Shown here in pieces: positions 54,103 through 64,000 of a stretch of 64,000 bases of DNA. The stretch lies in the NCBI GenBank assembly GCA_034530875.2, contig JAVRCJ020000016.1, forward strand, positions 32,001 to 96,000, given 5' to 3'. Positions within the stretch are counted from its first letter, which is position 1, and every line of letters starts with the position of its first letter. Made by a program: the position numbers and the translations under genes. The DNA is from Nostoc sp. DedSLP01 (lineage in GTDB: Bacteria; Cyanobacteriota; Cyanobacteriia; Cyanobacteriales; Nostocaceae). The notes below the pieces were generated by a model. The model had not been told where the DNA came from. It saw only the letters and a list, made by a program, of their open reading frames with translations, and did no database searches.

Positions 54103-55449
54103 ATGTATACAGCACAAGTTCCACTTGGCCCTAAAGGCCATTTTCTTGTTGGTAATCTTCCTGAAATCAATAGAGATGCGCTAACCTTCATCACAGAGTG
54201 GGCACGTAAATATGGAGACATTTTTCGCTTTTCTTTAGGGCCTTTTCCAGCGGTGATGATTAATCATCCTGATTTGATTGAGCAAGTCTTAGTTACCCAG
54301 CAACCTAACTTTGTCAAAAGTGCTGTTTACCGACGTGGACTTCGCTTTTTAGGCAACGGCTTGATTAACAGTGAAGGTCAATTTTGGCAACGTCAACGCC
54401 GTTTAGTACAACCAGCTTTTCATCTTGAGCGAATTGCAGCCTATGCTGATGTCATGGTTGCTTATACTAATCAATTAGTTGAGCAATGGCAAAATGGGGA
54501 AGTCCGCGATATTCATCAAGATATGATGTCGCTGACAGAAAAAATAGTGTCAAAGACGCTATTTGGTTTTGATATTAGAAATGAAGCTTTTGGCGTACAG
54601 ACGGCACTGGACGCGATAATGGATTTTAATAACCAACTTAGCAATCAATATCTACTACCAAGTTGGATACCTACTCCTAGTAACTTACGATATGAACGAG
54701 CTACTAAACAACTAAATGCCATAGTTTATAAGATTATTAACGAGCGACGAGAAAGCGGTAAAGACATCGGTGACTTACTCTCACTGTTACTACAGGTTCG
54801 AGATGAAGACACTGGAACTGGTATGACCGACCGGCAAGTGCGAGATGAAGTGATGACTCTGTTTATAGCAGGCCACGAAACAACAGCTAATGCTATGACA
54901 TGGACATGGTTTTTGCTTTCACAGCACCCGCAGGTACAAGCAAAATTGCATTCTGAATTAAAAACAGTACTGGGAAACCGTACACCAACTTTTGCAGACG
55001 TTCGTTATTTATCCTATACGCAGAAAGTTGTTATGGAAGCAATGCGGCTGTACCCACCTGCATGGGCAATAAGTCGAGTTGCCTTGCAGGACTGTGTTCT
55101 TGGAGGACATAATATCAAAGCTGGTACAACTGTATTTATAAGTCAGTGGGTGATGCATCGAGATTCTCGATTCTTTGAAAATCCAAATGTTTTTGAGCCA
55201 GAACGTTGGGAAAATAATTTACAAAAAAAACTACCCACATTTGCCTACTTTCCTTTTGGTGGCGGTTCGCGGATATGCATTGGTAAATCATTTGCCATGA
55301 TGGAAGCAACTTTACTGTTAGCAACTATTGCGCGCTTGTGGAGTTTGACACTACAACCAGACCATCCAGTTGTGCTTCAGCCATCATTAACATTACGCCC
55401 AAAATATGGCTTAAAAATCCAGCTAAGTAAAAACCTGGAACTTTTATAA
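54103..55449 (+). CDS. Cytochrome P450
   Basis: AGHETT, EAMR (ExxR), PERW, FGGGSRICIG heme motif. Confidence 0.96.
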   Translation: MYTAQVPLGPKGHFLVGNLPEINRDALTFITEWARKYGDIFRFSLGPFPAVMINHPDLIEQVLVTQQPNFVKSAVYRRGLRFLGNGLINSEGQFWQRQRRLVQPAFHLERIAAYADVMVAYTNQLVEQWQNGEVRDIHQDMMSLTEKIVSKTLFGFDIRNEAFGVQTALDAIMDFNNQLSNQYLLPSWIPTPSNLRYERATKQLNAIVYKIINERRESGKDIGDLLSLLLQVRDEDTGTGMTDRQVRDEVMTLFIAGHETTANAMTWTWFLLSQHPQVQAKLHSELKTVLGNRTPTFADVRYLSYTQKVVMEAMRLYPPAWAISRVALQDCVLGGHNIKAGTTVFISQWVMHRDSRFFENPNVFEPERWENNLQKKLPTFAYFPFGGGSRICIGKSFAMMEATLLLATIARLWSLTLQPDHPVVLQPSLTLRPKYGLKIQLSKNLELL

Positions 55450-55501
55450 TTCAGCTTCTTAGCTTGTAGAGTGGGCATTTCGCCTACTTTAACAGCCGCT
55501 A

Positions 55502-55632
55502 TTACAGCAGTTTTCATTTACATGAGGTACAAAGTTACGGGTTTGGAGGCAGGAGGCAGGAGTTAGAAAGAAACTCTTTATGTTTGATGAATCAGTCCTG
55601 CTTGTACCTCACTTACTTGAAATCTGCTGTAA
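55502..55632. mobile_element. MITE-like element with 31-bp imperfect terminal inverted repeats
   Basis: TTACAGCAGTTTTCATTTACATGAGGTACAA versus reverse complement of the right end TTACAGCAGATTTCAAGTAAGTGAGGTACAA (5 mismatches). Confidence 0.7.
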
Positions 55633-55735
55633 CCAAACTCAATATCAATCTTCCCCTTTAATTTTCTGGGGTAAGAAACCCGCCCTAATACCATTTCACC
55701 TTAAGATTGATATATTTAGGCAAGCAGGAGCATTT

Positions 55736-56122
55736 ATGAAAACCACTGGCATTCATCATATAGCGATTATTTGTTCTGACTACGATCGCTCTAAAAAATT
55801 CTATGTCGAAACTTTAGGTTTTTCGATTATTGCAGAGACTTTTCGTACTGCTAGAAATTCTTATAAATTAGATTTACAAGTTGGAGAAAATACTCAAATA
55901 GAGTTATTCTCTTTCCCAAATCCTCCCCAGCGTCCTAGTACTCCAGAGGCTTGTGGTTTAAGACATTTGGCTTTTAAGGTTGATGATATAGAGGAAACTG
56001 TTAATTACTTAAAATCCCAAGGTGTCGAAACAGAGAATATCAGAATTGATGAGCTTACAGGTAAAAAATTCACTTTTTTTAAAGACCCAGATAATTTGCC
56101 GTTAGAGATTTATGAAAATTAG
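55736..56122 (+). CDS. VOC/glyoxalase family protein
   Basis: IHHIAIICSDY, IELF, GLRHLAF, FFKDPDNLPLE; AGGAG RBS. Confidence 0.93.
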   Translation: MKTTGIHHIAIICSDYDRSKKFYVETLGFSIIAETFRTARNSYKLDLQVGENTQIELFSFPNPPQRPSTPEACGLRHLAFKVDDIEETVNYLKSQGVETENIRIDELTGKKFTFFKDPDNLPLEIYEN

Positions 56123-56573
56123 GGGATATAGGTTATCTGATACTCAAGCAATAATGCAATTATTTTACGATACAATTCATGAAATTAATATTGCTGACTA
56201 CACTCAAGAACAAGTCGATGCTTGGGCACCAAAAGATATGGATTATGAAGTTTGGCACAACAGATTACAAACCAAACTTCCTTACATTGCTGAAGAGAAT
56301 GGTGAGATATTTGGGTTTGCAGAATTAGAAGCGGATGGTCACATAAATTGTTTTTATTGCCATAGTAAATATCAAGGTAAAGGTATTGGTTCGCAACTCC
56401 TAAGTCATATAGAAAATTCAGCAAAATTACAAGGAATTAAACGGCTATATGCAGAGGCGAGTATTACTGCAAAACCATTTTTTGAAAATAAAGGATTTAG
56501 CGTAGTCAGAGAACAGCAAGTAGAAAGGCGGGGAGTTTGGTTTAAGAACTATGTAATGGAAAAATATTTATAA
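56112..56573 (+). CDS. GNAT acetyltransferase (YafP-like)
   Basis: YQGKGIG, ASITAKPFFENKGF. Confidence 0.92.
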   Translation: MKIRGYRLSDTQAIMQLFYDTIHEINIADYTQEQVDAWAPKDMDYEVWHNRLQTKLPYIAEENGEIFGFAELEADGHINCFYCHSKYQGKGIGSQLLSHIENSAKLQGIKRLYAEASITAKPFFENKGFSVVREQQVERRGVWFKNYVMEKYL

Positions 56574-56667
56574 ATTTACTTTTGGGAAGACTAAAAAAAT
56601 ACATAGTTATTGTACTAACAAGTAAAAGCCGAAAAAGCATCTACATACCATTTACTCAAATTATTAA

Positions 56668-57447
56668 ATGTTTGATAATATCTGCAAATTTCTCGCTGAA
56701 AATTTCTCCAGAGACTTCGCTACTTGGTTATTAGGCGAACCGGTTACTTTAACAGAACTCAGTCCAAAAGAATTATCTCTCGAACCCATTCGTGCCGATG
56801 CTCTAATTCTGTTACAGTCGGAACAAAGCATATTACATTTGGAATTTCAAACTCAAGTCGATCCCGAAATTCCCTTTCGGATGATTGATTATCGGTTGCG
56901 AGTATATCGGCGCTTTCCAGACAAAGCAATGCATCAAGTTGTAATTTACCTCAAGCAGACAAACTCAGATTTGGTACAACAAAATACATTTACAATTCCA
57001 GGTACACGCCATGAATTTGAAGTTATCAGACTTTGGGAATAACCAACTGAAGTGTTTTTGAGAACCCCTGGACTTTTACCTTTAGCCGTGTTGAGTAATT
57101 CGCTTGAGCCAGAAGTTATACTTAATGAAGTAGCAAGGAAAATTAACGATATTACAGAATCAAGAACTCAAAGTAATATTGCTGCTTCTACGGCTATTTT
57201 AGCTGGTTTAGTATTAGATAAAGAGCTTATCAAACGAGTTTTGAGGTCAGATATTATGCGCGAATCGCCAATATATCAAGATATTTTAGAAGAAGGGAAA
57301 GCTGAAGGGAAAGTTGAAGCTTTACTCGAAGTGGCAAGAAATTTATTTAATACTGGTATGCCATTATAACAGATAGCAGCAGTGACAGGATTAGCGATTG
57401 AACAGTTAAGTTATTTACAGGTAAATGAGTTTGGTGAGTCTAATTAA
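56668..57447 (+). pseudogene. Rpn family nuclease interrupted by two in-frame TAA codons
   Basis: MFDNICKFLAE, IRAD, LHLEFQ; one continuous frame with stops at 57040-57042 and 57367-57369. Confidence 0.88.
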
Positions 57448-57541
57448 TAAATAATCGGTGCAGTTTGACTACACCGATGGCTGCGCCGACACTACGCGTA
57501 CGCATAACATAATTTAATTCTAATTCCACCGAACATTTCCC

Positions 57542-58618
57542 TCACGCCAATGCAGAAGCTTGGGGTTTGGCAAAAATCATCCGTCCGGCTGTAGTTTGTA
57601 AAGCACTGGTGACTACTACCCGCAGTTCGCCACCTACATAACTGCTACCTTCTTCAACGACTACCATTGTGCCATCATCAAGGTAACCAATGCCTTGGCT
57701 GGGTTCTTTGCCTTCTTTGAGAATCTTCAAATCTAGGTTGTCGCCAGGTAAATAACTGGGACGAACGGCATTGACTAAATCATTGACATTCAAAACAGGT
57801 ACTTTTTGAACGCTGGCGACTTTAGATAAGTTGTAGTCATTGGTTAGTAGCGTACCGCTGATTTCTTGGGCAAAGCGGACTAACTTGGCATCAACTGTGG
57901 GAGTATCTTCATAGTCAATTGGGTTGATGAGGATGCGATCGGGGTAAGTTTCTTTTATACGGTTGAGAATCTCTAATCCTCTCCTTCCTCTTACCCGCTT
58001 TTGGTCTTTGCTAGCATCTGCTACTTGTTGGAGTTCCTGCAAGACAAACTGCGGGACGATAATTTGTCCTTCCAAAAACCCTGTTTCTAGTAAAGCTTCA
58101 ATGCGACCATCAATAATGCAGCTAGTATCTAAAACTTTGGTATTGGCAGGTTTTAGCGTCCCTTCCACAACCATCGATTCTACGGTGCTGGGATTAATAA
58201 ACCGCAATAAGCCTCGTCCGTGAGTATCAGCCAAATTCATGCCAGTGACGGCAAGGATTATACTGCCGACAACTGCCACGAGTGGCTTAATAAATCCGAA
58301 ATCTGCGGGGATAGGTAACAAAAATAACGGCGCCAGCATGAGGTTCGCTAGCAATAGCCCAATCACTAAACCGATCGCCCGAGTTAAAATTACTTCTAGA
58401 GGCATTTCTTTGACTTGTGCCTCTAAGCGACGATATGTCGTTTGGAAACTCAATCCGATCGCACCACCAATGATGGCAGCGAAAACAGCAATAATCAAGC
58501 GTAAAGCTTCAACATTTGTCACCTTGTCTAAGGTGCCATTGGGTAGTAGTTCGATACTGTAGAACCCTATTCCCGACGCTGCCAGAATGAATGAGAAAAT
58601 TATAATTGCGTCAAGCAT
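57542..58618 (-). CDS. Membrane PIN/TRAM domain protein (YacL/Ycf81-like)
   Basis: VLDTSCIIDGRI, RGRRGL, TNDYNL, GIGYLDDGTMVVVE, GRMIFA. Confidence 0.94.
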   Translation of the reverse strand: MLDAIIIFSFILAASGIGFYSIELLPNGTLDKVTNVEALRLIIAVFAAIIGGAIGLSFQTTYRRLEAQVKEMPLEVILTRAIGLVIGLLLANLMLAPLFLLPIPADFGFIKPLVAVVGSIILAVTGMNLADTHGRGLLRFINPSTVESMVVEGTLKPANTKVLDTSCIIDGRIEALLETGFLEGQIIVPQFVLQELQQVADASKDQKRVRGRRGLEILNRIKETYPDRILINPIDYEDTPTVDAKLVRFAQEISGTLLTNDYNLSKVASVQKVPVLNVNDLVNAVRPSYLPGDNLDLKILKEGKEPSQGIGYLDDGTMVVVEEGSSYVGGELRVVVTSALQTTAGRMIFAKPQASALA

Positions 58619-58868
58619 GGTTATCTTGTGTTCCTGAACTGTGTTAACCGATAAAGTTAAGTATTTTTTATTTCATCGGTCACTATAGGCTAATCAATAT
58701 TGATTTACACTAAACGATTAGGCAAACAATATCTGCAATTATTATAACTAAAGGCTTTTATCTTCATATTTTTCATTGTTTCGTTGTAAAAAGACAAAAA
58801 CTTGTAAAAAAACTAATCATTTTCATGCTTTCTAATTTGTAGTTGGGCTAACTTAATTCTTTCTCAAA

Positions 58869-60038
58869 ATGAGCCAAAAATTTCATGTTTCTGGAATTGC
58901 AAGTTCTGCTTATATACATATTCCCTTTTGCAGACGGCGATGTTTTTATTGTGATTTCCCTGTGTCTGTTGTAGGCGATCGCTTGCGAGGCGAAACATCT
59001 GGTACTATCTCCCAATATGTTGAAGCGTTATGTCAAGAAATCGCCATTACCCCGACATTTGGCGAACCCTTAAAAACTATTTTCTTCGGTGGTGGTACTC
59101 CTTCGCTGTTATCAACAGGACAGTTAGAACGTATAATCGCACAGCTAGACCAGCATTTTGGTATTGCTGCTGGGGTAGAAATTTCAATGGAAATGGATCC
59201 AGCTACCTTTGATTTAGAACATCTAGCAGGTTATCGTAATGCTGGCGTGAACCGTGTAAGTTTGGGCGTACAAGTTTTCGATAAAGAATTATTGCAAATT
59301 GCGGGGCGATCGCACTCAGTCGAAGATATTTTTGCAGCTGTGGAATTAATCCACCAAGTCGAGATTCCCCAATTTAGCTTAGACTTAATTTCTGGGTTGC
59401 CGCATCAGTCTTTGGAGCGATGGCAGGATTCTCTAAACAAAGCCTTAGCAGTTTTACCCACTCACATATCGATTTACGACCTTACCATTGAACCAGGTAC
59501 AGCCTTTGGTCGTTACTACAAACCGGGTGACAGTCCTTTACCGACGGATGAAAGTACAGTCCAAATGTACCAAATGGCGCAGCAGATTTTGACTGATGCA
59601 GGCTACGAACATTATGAGATTTCTAATTATGCTCAACCCGGCCATCAATGCCGACATAATCGAGTGTATTGGGAAAACCGCCCTTATTATGGTTTTGGCA
59701 TGGGTGCAGCGAGTTATCTTCAGGGAAAACGCTTCACTCGTCCGCGCAAGACTAAAGAATATTACCAATGGGTGCAAAGTGGCGCTGTAATTGATTGTGA
59801 AGTGACCCCCCCAAAGGAAGTATTGTTAGAAACGTTAATGTTAGGGTTGCGTTTAGCGGAGGGTGTAAATTTAGCAGCCTTTGGGGAAGAGAAGGCAGAG
59901 GAAATTTGTCGGTATTTGCGAGAGTATTTTGATAAAGGTTGGGTAAAAGTTGTAGGAGGAAGGTTGCGTTTGACCGATCCTCAAGGCTTTTTGTTTTCTA
60001 ATGTAGTGTTAGCAGAGTTATTTGAAAAGTTGGGGTGA
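58869..60038 (+). CDS. hemW: Radical SAM heme chaperone HemW (HemN-like)
   Basis: YIHIPFCRRRCFYCDF, FGGGTPS, YEISNY, HNRVYW. Confidence 0.93.
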   Translation: MSQKFHVSGIASSAYIHIPFCRRRCFYCDFPVSVVGDRLRGETSGTISQYVEALCQEIAITPTFGEPLKTIFFGGGTPSLLSTGQLERIIAQLDQHFGIAAGVEISMEMDPATFDLEHLAGYRNAGVNRVSLGVQVFDKELLQIAGRSHSVEDIFAAVELIHQVEIPQFSLDLISGLPHQSLERWQDSLNKALAVLPTHISIYDLTIEPGTAFGRYYKPGDSPLPTDESTVQMYQMAQQILTDAGYEHYEISNYAQPGHQCRHNRVYWENRPYYGFGMGAASYLQGKRFTRPRKTKEYYQWVQSGAVIDCEVTPPKEVLLETLMLGLRLAEGVNLAAFGEEKAEEICRYLREYFDKGWVKVVGGRLRLTDPQGFLFSNVVLAELFEKLG

Positions 60039-60048
60039 GAAACCGCTT

Positions 60049-60936
60049 ATGCAAAAAAATCAAGTTAGAAAAGCTGTGATTCCAGCAGGTGGTTTTGGCA
60101 CTCGTTTGTTTCCAGCTACCAAAGTTGTGAAAAAAGAACTTTTCCCGATTATTGATAGAGATGGTAGGGCAAAACCTGTAATTCTCGCAATTATTGAAGA
60201 GGCAATTAGTGCTGGAATTACAGAAGTGGGAATAGTGGTACAGCCAGACGATAAAGAAATATTTGAAGATTTATTAAAAAAGCCGCCCAAAAAAGAACTT
60301 TTTGACAAACTTTCACCGCAAAATCAAGAATATAGCCAATATTTACAAGATTTAGGTAGCAAAATTACTATCTTATTCCAAGAAGAGCAATTAGGTTACG
60401 GTCATGCAGTATTTTGTGCTAAGGATTGGGTGCAAAATGAACCTTTTTTGTTAATGTTAGGCGACCACATTTATGCATCTAATTCGGAAAAATCTTGTAC
60501 TAGTCAAATTTTAGATGTTTACGAAAAAGTTAATCAAAGCGTTGTTAGCTTAACTGCTATGCCAGCAGAAATGCTTTATCAAGCAGGGTGTGTAACAGGA
60601 GTTTGGCAAGAGTTAAATTCAATTCTCAAGGTTACACAACTATATGAAAAACCTAGTATTGAATACGCACAAAAACATCTGCGTGTCGAAGGCATGGCAG
60701 AAAATGAGTTTTTATGTATATTTGGTTTGTATTTGCTAACGCCGAAAATTTTTGACTTTCTAGGAGAACACATCAATCAAAATTTTCTCGAACGAGGTGA
60801 ATTTCAGCTAACATCTTGTTTGGATAGATTGTGCCAAGAAGAAGGAATGACAGGATATGTTGTCAAAGGTAAGCGTTTTGATACAGGTTTGCCAGATGCT
60901 TATCGTCAGACGATGATTGATTTTAGAAATGCCTAA
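60049..60936 (+). CDS. Sugar-phosphate nucleotidyltransferase (GalU-like)
   Basis: KAVIPAGGFGTRLFPATK, LGYGHAV, LGD, YEKP, GEFQLT, FDTG. Confidence 0.9.
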   Translation: MQKNQVRKAVIPAGGFGTRLFPATKVVKKELFPIIDRDGRAKPVILAIIEEAISAGITEVGIVVQPDDKEIFEDLLKKPPKKELFDKLSPQNQEYSQYLQDLGSKITILFQEEQLGYGHAVFCAKDWVQNEPFLLMLGDHIYASNSEKSCTSQILDVYEKVNQSVVSLTAMPAEMLYQAGCVTGVWQELNSILKVTQLYEKPSIEYAQKHLRVEGMAENEFLCIFGLYLLTPKIFDFLGEHINQNFLERGEFQLTSCLDRLCQEEGMTGYVVKGKRFDTGLPDAYRQTMIDFRNA

Positions 60937-61021
60937 ATTGGTGCGATCGCCTTGCTGTGACAGCATATTCTGATAATTTGTTTGGCGGACTAAAGTTCAG
61001 TTAACTTGTCATTAACGATCT

Positions 61022-61030
61022 GGGAATACT
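61022..61030 (+). promoter_or_regulatory. Candidate SigJ-type (J-box) promoter element
   Basis: GGGAATACT ends 33 nt before the kinase ATG; matches the motif reported for SigJ-dependent hormogonium promoters in Nostoc. Confidence 0.45.
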
Positions 61031-61062
61031 AAATCCACCAGAAATTGTGAGGATTTAGCTGT

Positions 61063-64000
61063 ATGGTCAGTGCTGTTGCGAGTATTCTCGGATATTGCAT
61101 CATTGAAGAACTCTACAGTGGTTCTAGAACCCAAGTTTATCGAGCAGTTAGAGAATCCGACTTAGCACCAGTAGCGATTAAACTACTGAAAAATCCTTTT
61201 CCTAGCTTCCATGAACTCTTGTCGTTTCGCAATCAGTACACCATTGCAAAAAATCTCCATTCATCTTGCATTATTCAAACCTATAGCCTCGAACCCTTCC
61301 AAAATGGCTATATTTTAGTTATGGAAGACTTTGGGGGAATTTCTCTCAATGATTATTTTGCCAAAAATCAAAGTGTCGTGTTTTTAAAAGAGTTTTTAGT
61401 AATAGCGATCGCTTTGTGCGATACCTTAGATATACTCTACCGCGATCGCATCATTCATAAAGATATTAAACCCGCCAATATATTAATTAATCCCGAAACC
61501 AAGCAAGTTAAATTAATCGACTTTAGCATTGCATCTTTACTACCACGAGAAACTCAAACACTAGTCAATCCTAATGTTTTAGAAGGAACATTAGCTTATA
61601 TATCTCCAGAACAAACAGGGAGAATGAATCGTGGGATAGACTATCGCACAGACTTCTATTCTTTGGGCGTAACTTTTTATGAATTACTCACAGGAGAGTT
61701 ACCTTTTGCATCAAATGACCCAATGGAGTTGGTACATTCTCATTTGGCAAAACTCCCAGAAAAGTTAAGTAATCCCAAAACAGAACTTCCTTCAGTTTTG
61801 GGTGAGATTGTCATGAAATTGATGGCAAAAAATGCTGAAGATAGATATCAAAGTGCATTAGGATTAAAGTTTGACTTAGAGAATTGTTTACAGCAGCTAG
61901 AAGCAACTGGTGAAATTAAATCCTTTGAAATTGCACAGCGTGATGTGTGCGATCGCTTCCTCATCCCTGATAAAATTTATGGACGAGAAGCTGAAGTTCA
62001 AACCCTGCTGCAAGCATTTGATAGAGTCAGTCTTGGTGCAACAGAAATGATGCTCGTTGCTGGGTTTTCAGGGATTGGTAAAACCGCCGTTGTTAATGAA
62101 GTACATAAACCAATTGTCAGACAACGTGGCTATTTTATCAAAGGTAAATATGACCAATTCCAACGCAATATTCCTTTCAGTGCTTTTGTGCAAGCATTCC
62201 GGGATTTAATGGAGCAATTATTAACGGAAAGTGATGTCCAAATTCAGCAATGGAAAAATAAAATATTAGAGGCTGTTGGTGAAAATGGACAGGTAATTAT
62301 TGAAGTAATTCCCGAACTTTCCAGAATTATTGGCGAACAACCTCCAGCGATAGAATTATCAGGAACAGCAGCAGAAAATCGCTTCAATTTATTATTCCAA
62401 AAATTTACTTCTGTCTTTACTAGTGCAGAACATCCATTAGTAATGTTTTTAGATGACTTGCAATGGGCAGATTCGGCATCTCTCAAGTTAATGCAGCTAT
62501 TAATGGCTGATACAAGTCATCTTTTCATTATCGGTGCGTACCGCGATAACGAAGTTAATCCAGGACATCCATTGATGTTGACTTTGAGCGATATTCAAAA
62601 AACTCAAGCCACAATCAATACAATAACTCTAGCACCACTGAGTCAAGAGCAAGTTAATAAGTTAGTTGCTGATACTCTCAAATGTTCAGAAAATTTGGCA
62701 GTGTCTATTTCGCAATTAATCTATCAAAAAACCAAAGGAAACCCATTTTTCGCTGTTCAGTTTCTTAAAGCATTACATCAAGATAGATTAATTCAATTTG
62801 ATTTTGAGTTGGGTTGTTGGCAATGCGATATTACCCAAGTAACAACTCAAGCAGTTACAGATGATGTTGTAACCTTTATGGGTTTTCAATTGCGAAAACT
62901 ACCGCAATCTACCCAAGATTTATTACAATTAGCAGCTTGTATTGGCAGTCAGTTTGATTTAGCAACTTTGGCAATTGTTTCTGAACAATCAGAACTTGAG
63001 ACAGCTACTGCTTTGTGGAAAGCATTACAAGAAGGATTGATTTTGCCGATAGGAGATGTTTACAAGTTTTATATCGGGCAAGAAAATCAAGTATGTACAT
63101 TGGCAAATCAACAGAATGTTACATACAAATTTTTACACGATCGCATTCAACAAGCTGCCTATTCTCTAATTCCTGATGACCAAAAACAGATTACTCACCA
63201 CCAAATCGGACAACTGCTTCTGCAACAGATTTCCCCAACAGCTAGAGAAGAACGCATTTTTGAAATCGTTAATCAATTAAATTACGGAACTACTTTAATT
63301 ACCCAGCAAGCAGAAAGAGAAGAATTAGCACAACTCAATTTGATTGCTTGTCGCAAAGCCAAAAATTCCACTGCCTATCAAGCTGCGAGTGAATATGCCA
63401 AAGTTGGATTATCTTTGTTAGGAGAAAAAGCTTGGCAACAGCAATATGAAATGAGCCTTGCTTTCTATGAATTAGCTGCGGAAATCGCTTCTTTGTGCGG
63501 TGAATTTGCAGTAATGGAACAGTTGGTTGATAGTGTTATCGAACAGGCACACTCTCTGCTAGAAAAGGTCAATGTCTACTGTATTATAATTCAGTCTTAC
63601 GTTTTTCAGAATAAACCAGTCGAAGCCCTTGATATCGGACAGAAACTCCTGCAACAGCTTGGCGTAACTTTTCCTGAATCACCCACACCAGTAGATATTC
63701 AACAGTCAATTCAAGAGATTAAAGAGTTAATTGGAGATAGAGAAATTGCAGATTTAATTGATTTACCTGTGATGACAGATCGGCAAATCTTAGCAATTAT
63801 CCAGATTGCTAGTATTAGCATCTCACCAGCGTATAACTGTGGTTCTATCTTGTGTCCATTACTGATGGCGTTGTCAGTCAAATTATCCATTCAGCATGGA
63901 AATACAGTAACTTCTGCATTTAGTTATGCTAACTATGGCTTCCTTCTCTGCAATCTTTTCCAAGATGTAGATACAGGAACAAAGTTTGGTCAATTGTCAC
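61063..64000 (+). CDS. Multidomain Ser/Thr kinase-AAA ATPase (HstK type), 3'-truncated by the window; absent from the ORF track
   Basis: [11 protein letters not shown]..., [63 protein letters not shown]. Confidence 0.95.
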   Translation, partial: MVSAVASILGYCIIEELYSGSRTQVYRAVRESDLAPVAIKLLKNPFPSFHELLSFRNQYTIAKNLHSSCIIQTYSLEPFQNGYILVMEDFGGISLNDYFAKNQSVVFLKEFLVIAIALCDTLDILYRDRIIHKDIKPANILINPETKQVKLIDFSIASLLPRETQTLVNPNVLEGTLAYISPEQTGRMNRGIDYRTDFYSLGVTFYELLTGELPFASNDPMELVHSHLAKLPEKLSNPKTELPSVLGEIVMKLMAKNAEDRYQSALGLKFDLENCLQQLEATGEIKSFEIAQRDVCDRFLIPDKIYGREAEVQTLLQAFDRVSLGATEMMLVAGFSGIGKTAVVNEVHKPIVRQRGYFIKGKYDQFQRNIPFSAFVQAFRDLMEQLLTESDVQIQQWKNKILEAVGENGQVIIEVIPELSRIIGEQPPAIELSGTAAENRFNLLFQKFTSVFTSAEHPLVMFLDDLQWADSASLKLMQLLMADTSHLFIIGAYRDNEVNPGHPLMLTLSDIQKTQATINTITLAPLSQEQVNKLVADTLKCSENLAVSISQLIYQKTKGNPFFAVQFLKALHQDRLIQFDFELGCWQCDITQVTTQAVTDDVVTFMGFQLRKLPQSTQDLLQLAACIGSQFDLATLAIVSEQSELETATALWKALQEGLILPIGDVYKFYIGQENQVCTLANQQNVTYKFLHDRIQQAAYSLIPDDQKQITHHQIGQLLLQQISPTAREERIFEIVNQLNYGTTLITQQAEREELAQLNLIACRKAKNSTAYQAASEYAKVGLSLLGEKAWQQQYEMSLAFYELAAEIASLCGEFAVMEQLVDSVIEQAHSLLEKVNVYCIIIQSYVFQNKPVEALDIGQKLLQQLGVTFPESPTPVDIQQSIQEIKELIGDREIADLIDLPVMTDRQILAIIQIASISISPAYNCGSILCPLLMALSVKLSIQHGNTVTSAFSYANYGFLLCNLFQDVDTGTKFGQLS

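Noticed and set aside
55580..55735. N-terminal extension of the VOC protein in the ORF track
   Set aside because: Begins inside a MITE-like element; the ATG at 55736 has an RBS and the family-typical start
56112..56573. GNAT gene as the missing pseH
   Set aside because: It lies more than 20 kb from the cluster, is coupled to a VOC gene and looks YafP-like; not excluded, but unsupported
57040..57042. Programmed stop-codon readthrough in the Rpn gene
   Set aside because: Two TAA stops with no recoding signal are more simply explained by pseudogenisation

Overview
Chromosomal segment of a filamentous heterocyst-forming cyanobacterium (Nostoc-like), inferred from abundant HIP1 octamers (GCGATCGC), STRR heptamer arrays and typical Nostocales gene content. 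Housekeeping genes include queA, an amidase, pyrG, a ROK kinase, NTRC-type thioredoxin reductase, clpR-clpP, a P-type ATPase and hemW. Accessory regions: (1) pilA-ogtA next to an AT-rich pseudaminic-acid-type cluster (pseB, pseC, ATP-grasp, methyltransferase, pseI, pseF, pseG, large putative transferase) with no pseH; (2) a four-helix-bundle (IVP/Avd-like) gene enclosed by complementary GGGGACT/AGTCCCC arrays; (3) a TA/defence hotspot behind tandem VWA genes, where a VapBC module is bracketed by a 255-bp copy of the VWA 3' end that differs almost only at synonymous sites, followed by a Shedu-like (DUF4263) gene that truncates a DUF5615 toxin; (4) a degenerate NTPase-wHTH protein divergent from the P-type ATPase, with two TTGCACTA-N5-TAGTGCAA-type sites between them; (5) an internally deleted IS5-family element and several pseudogenes. 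A large Ser/Thr kinase-AAA gene missing from the ORF track runs off the right edge. No rRNA, tRNA or CRISPR array was seen. All family assignments come from motif recognition by eye, not database searches.
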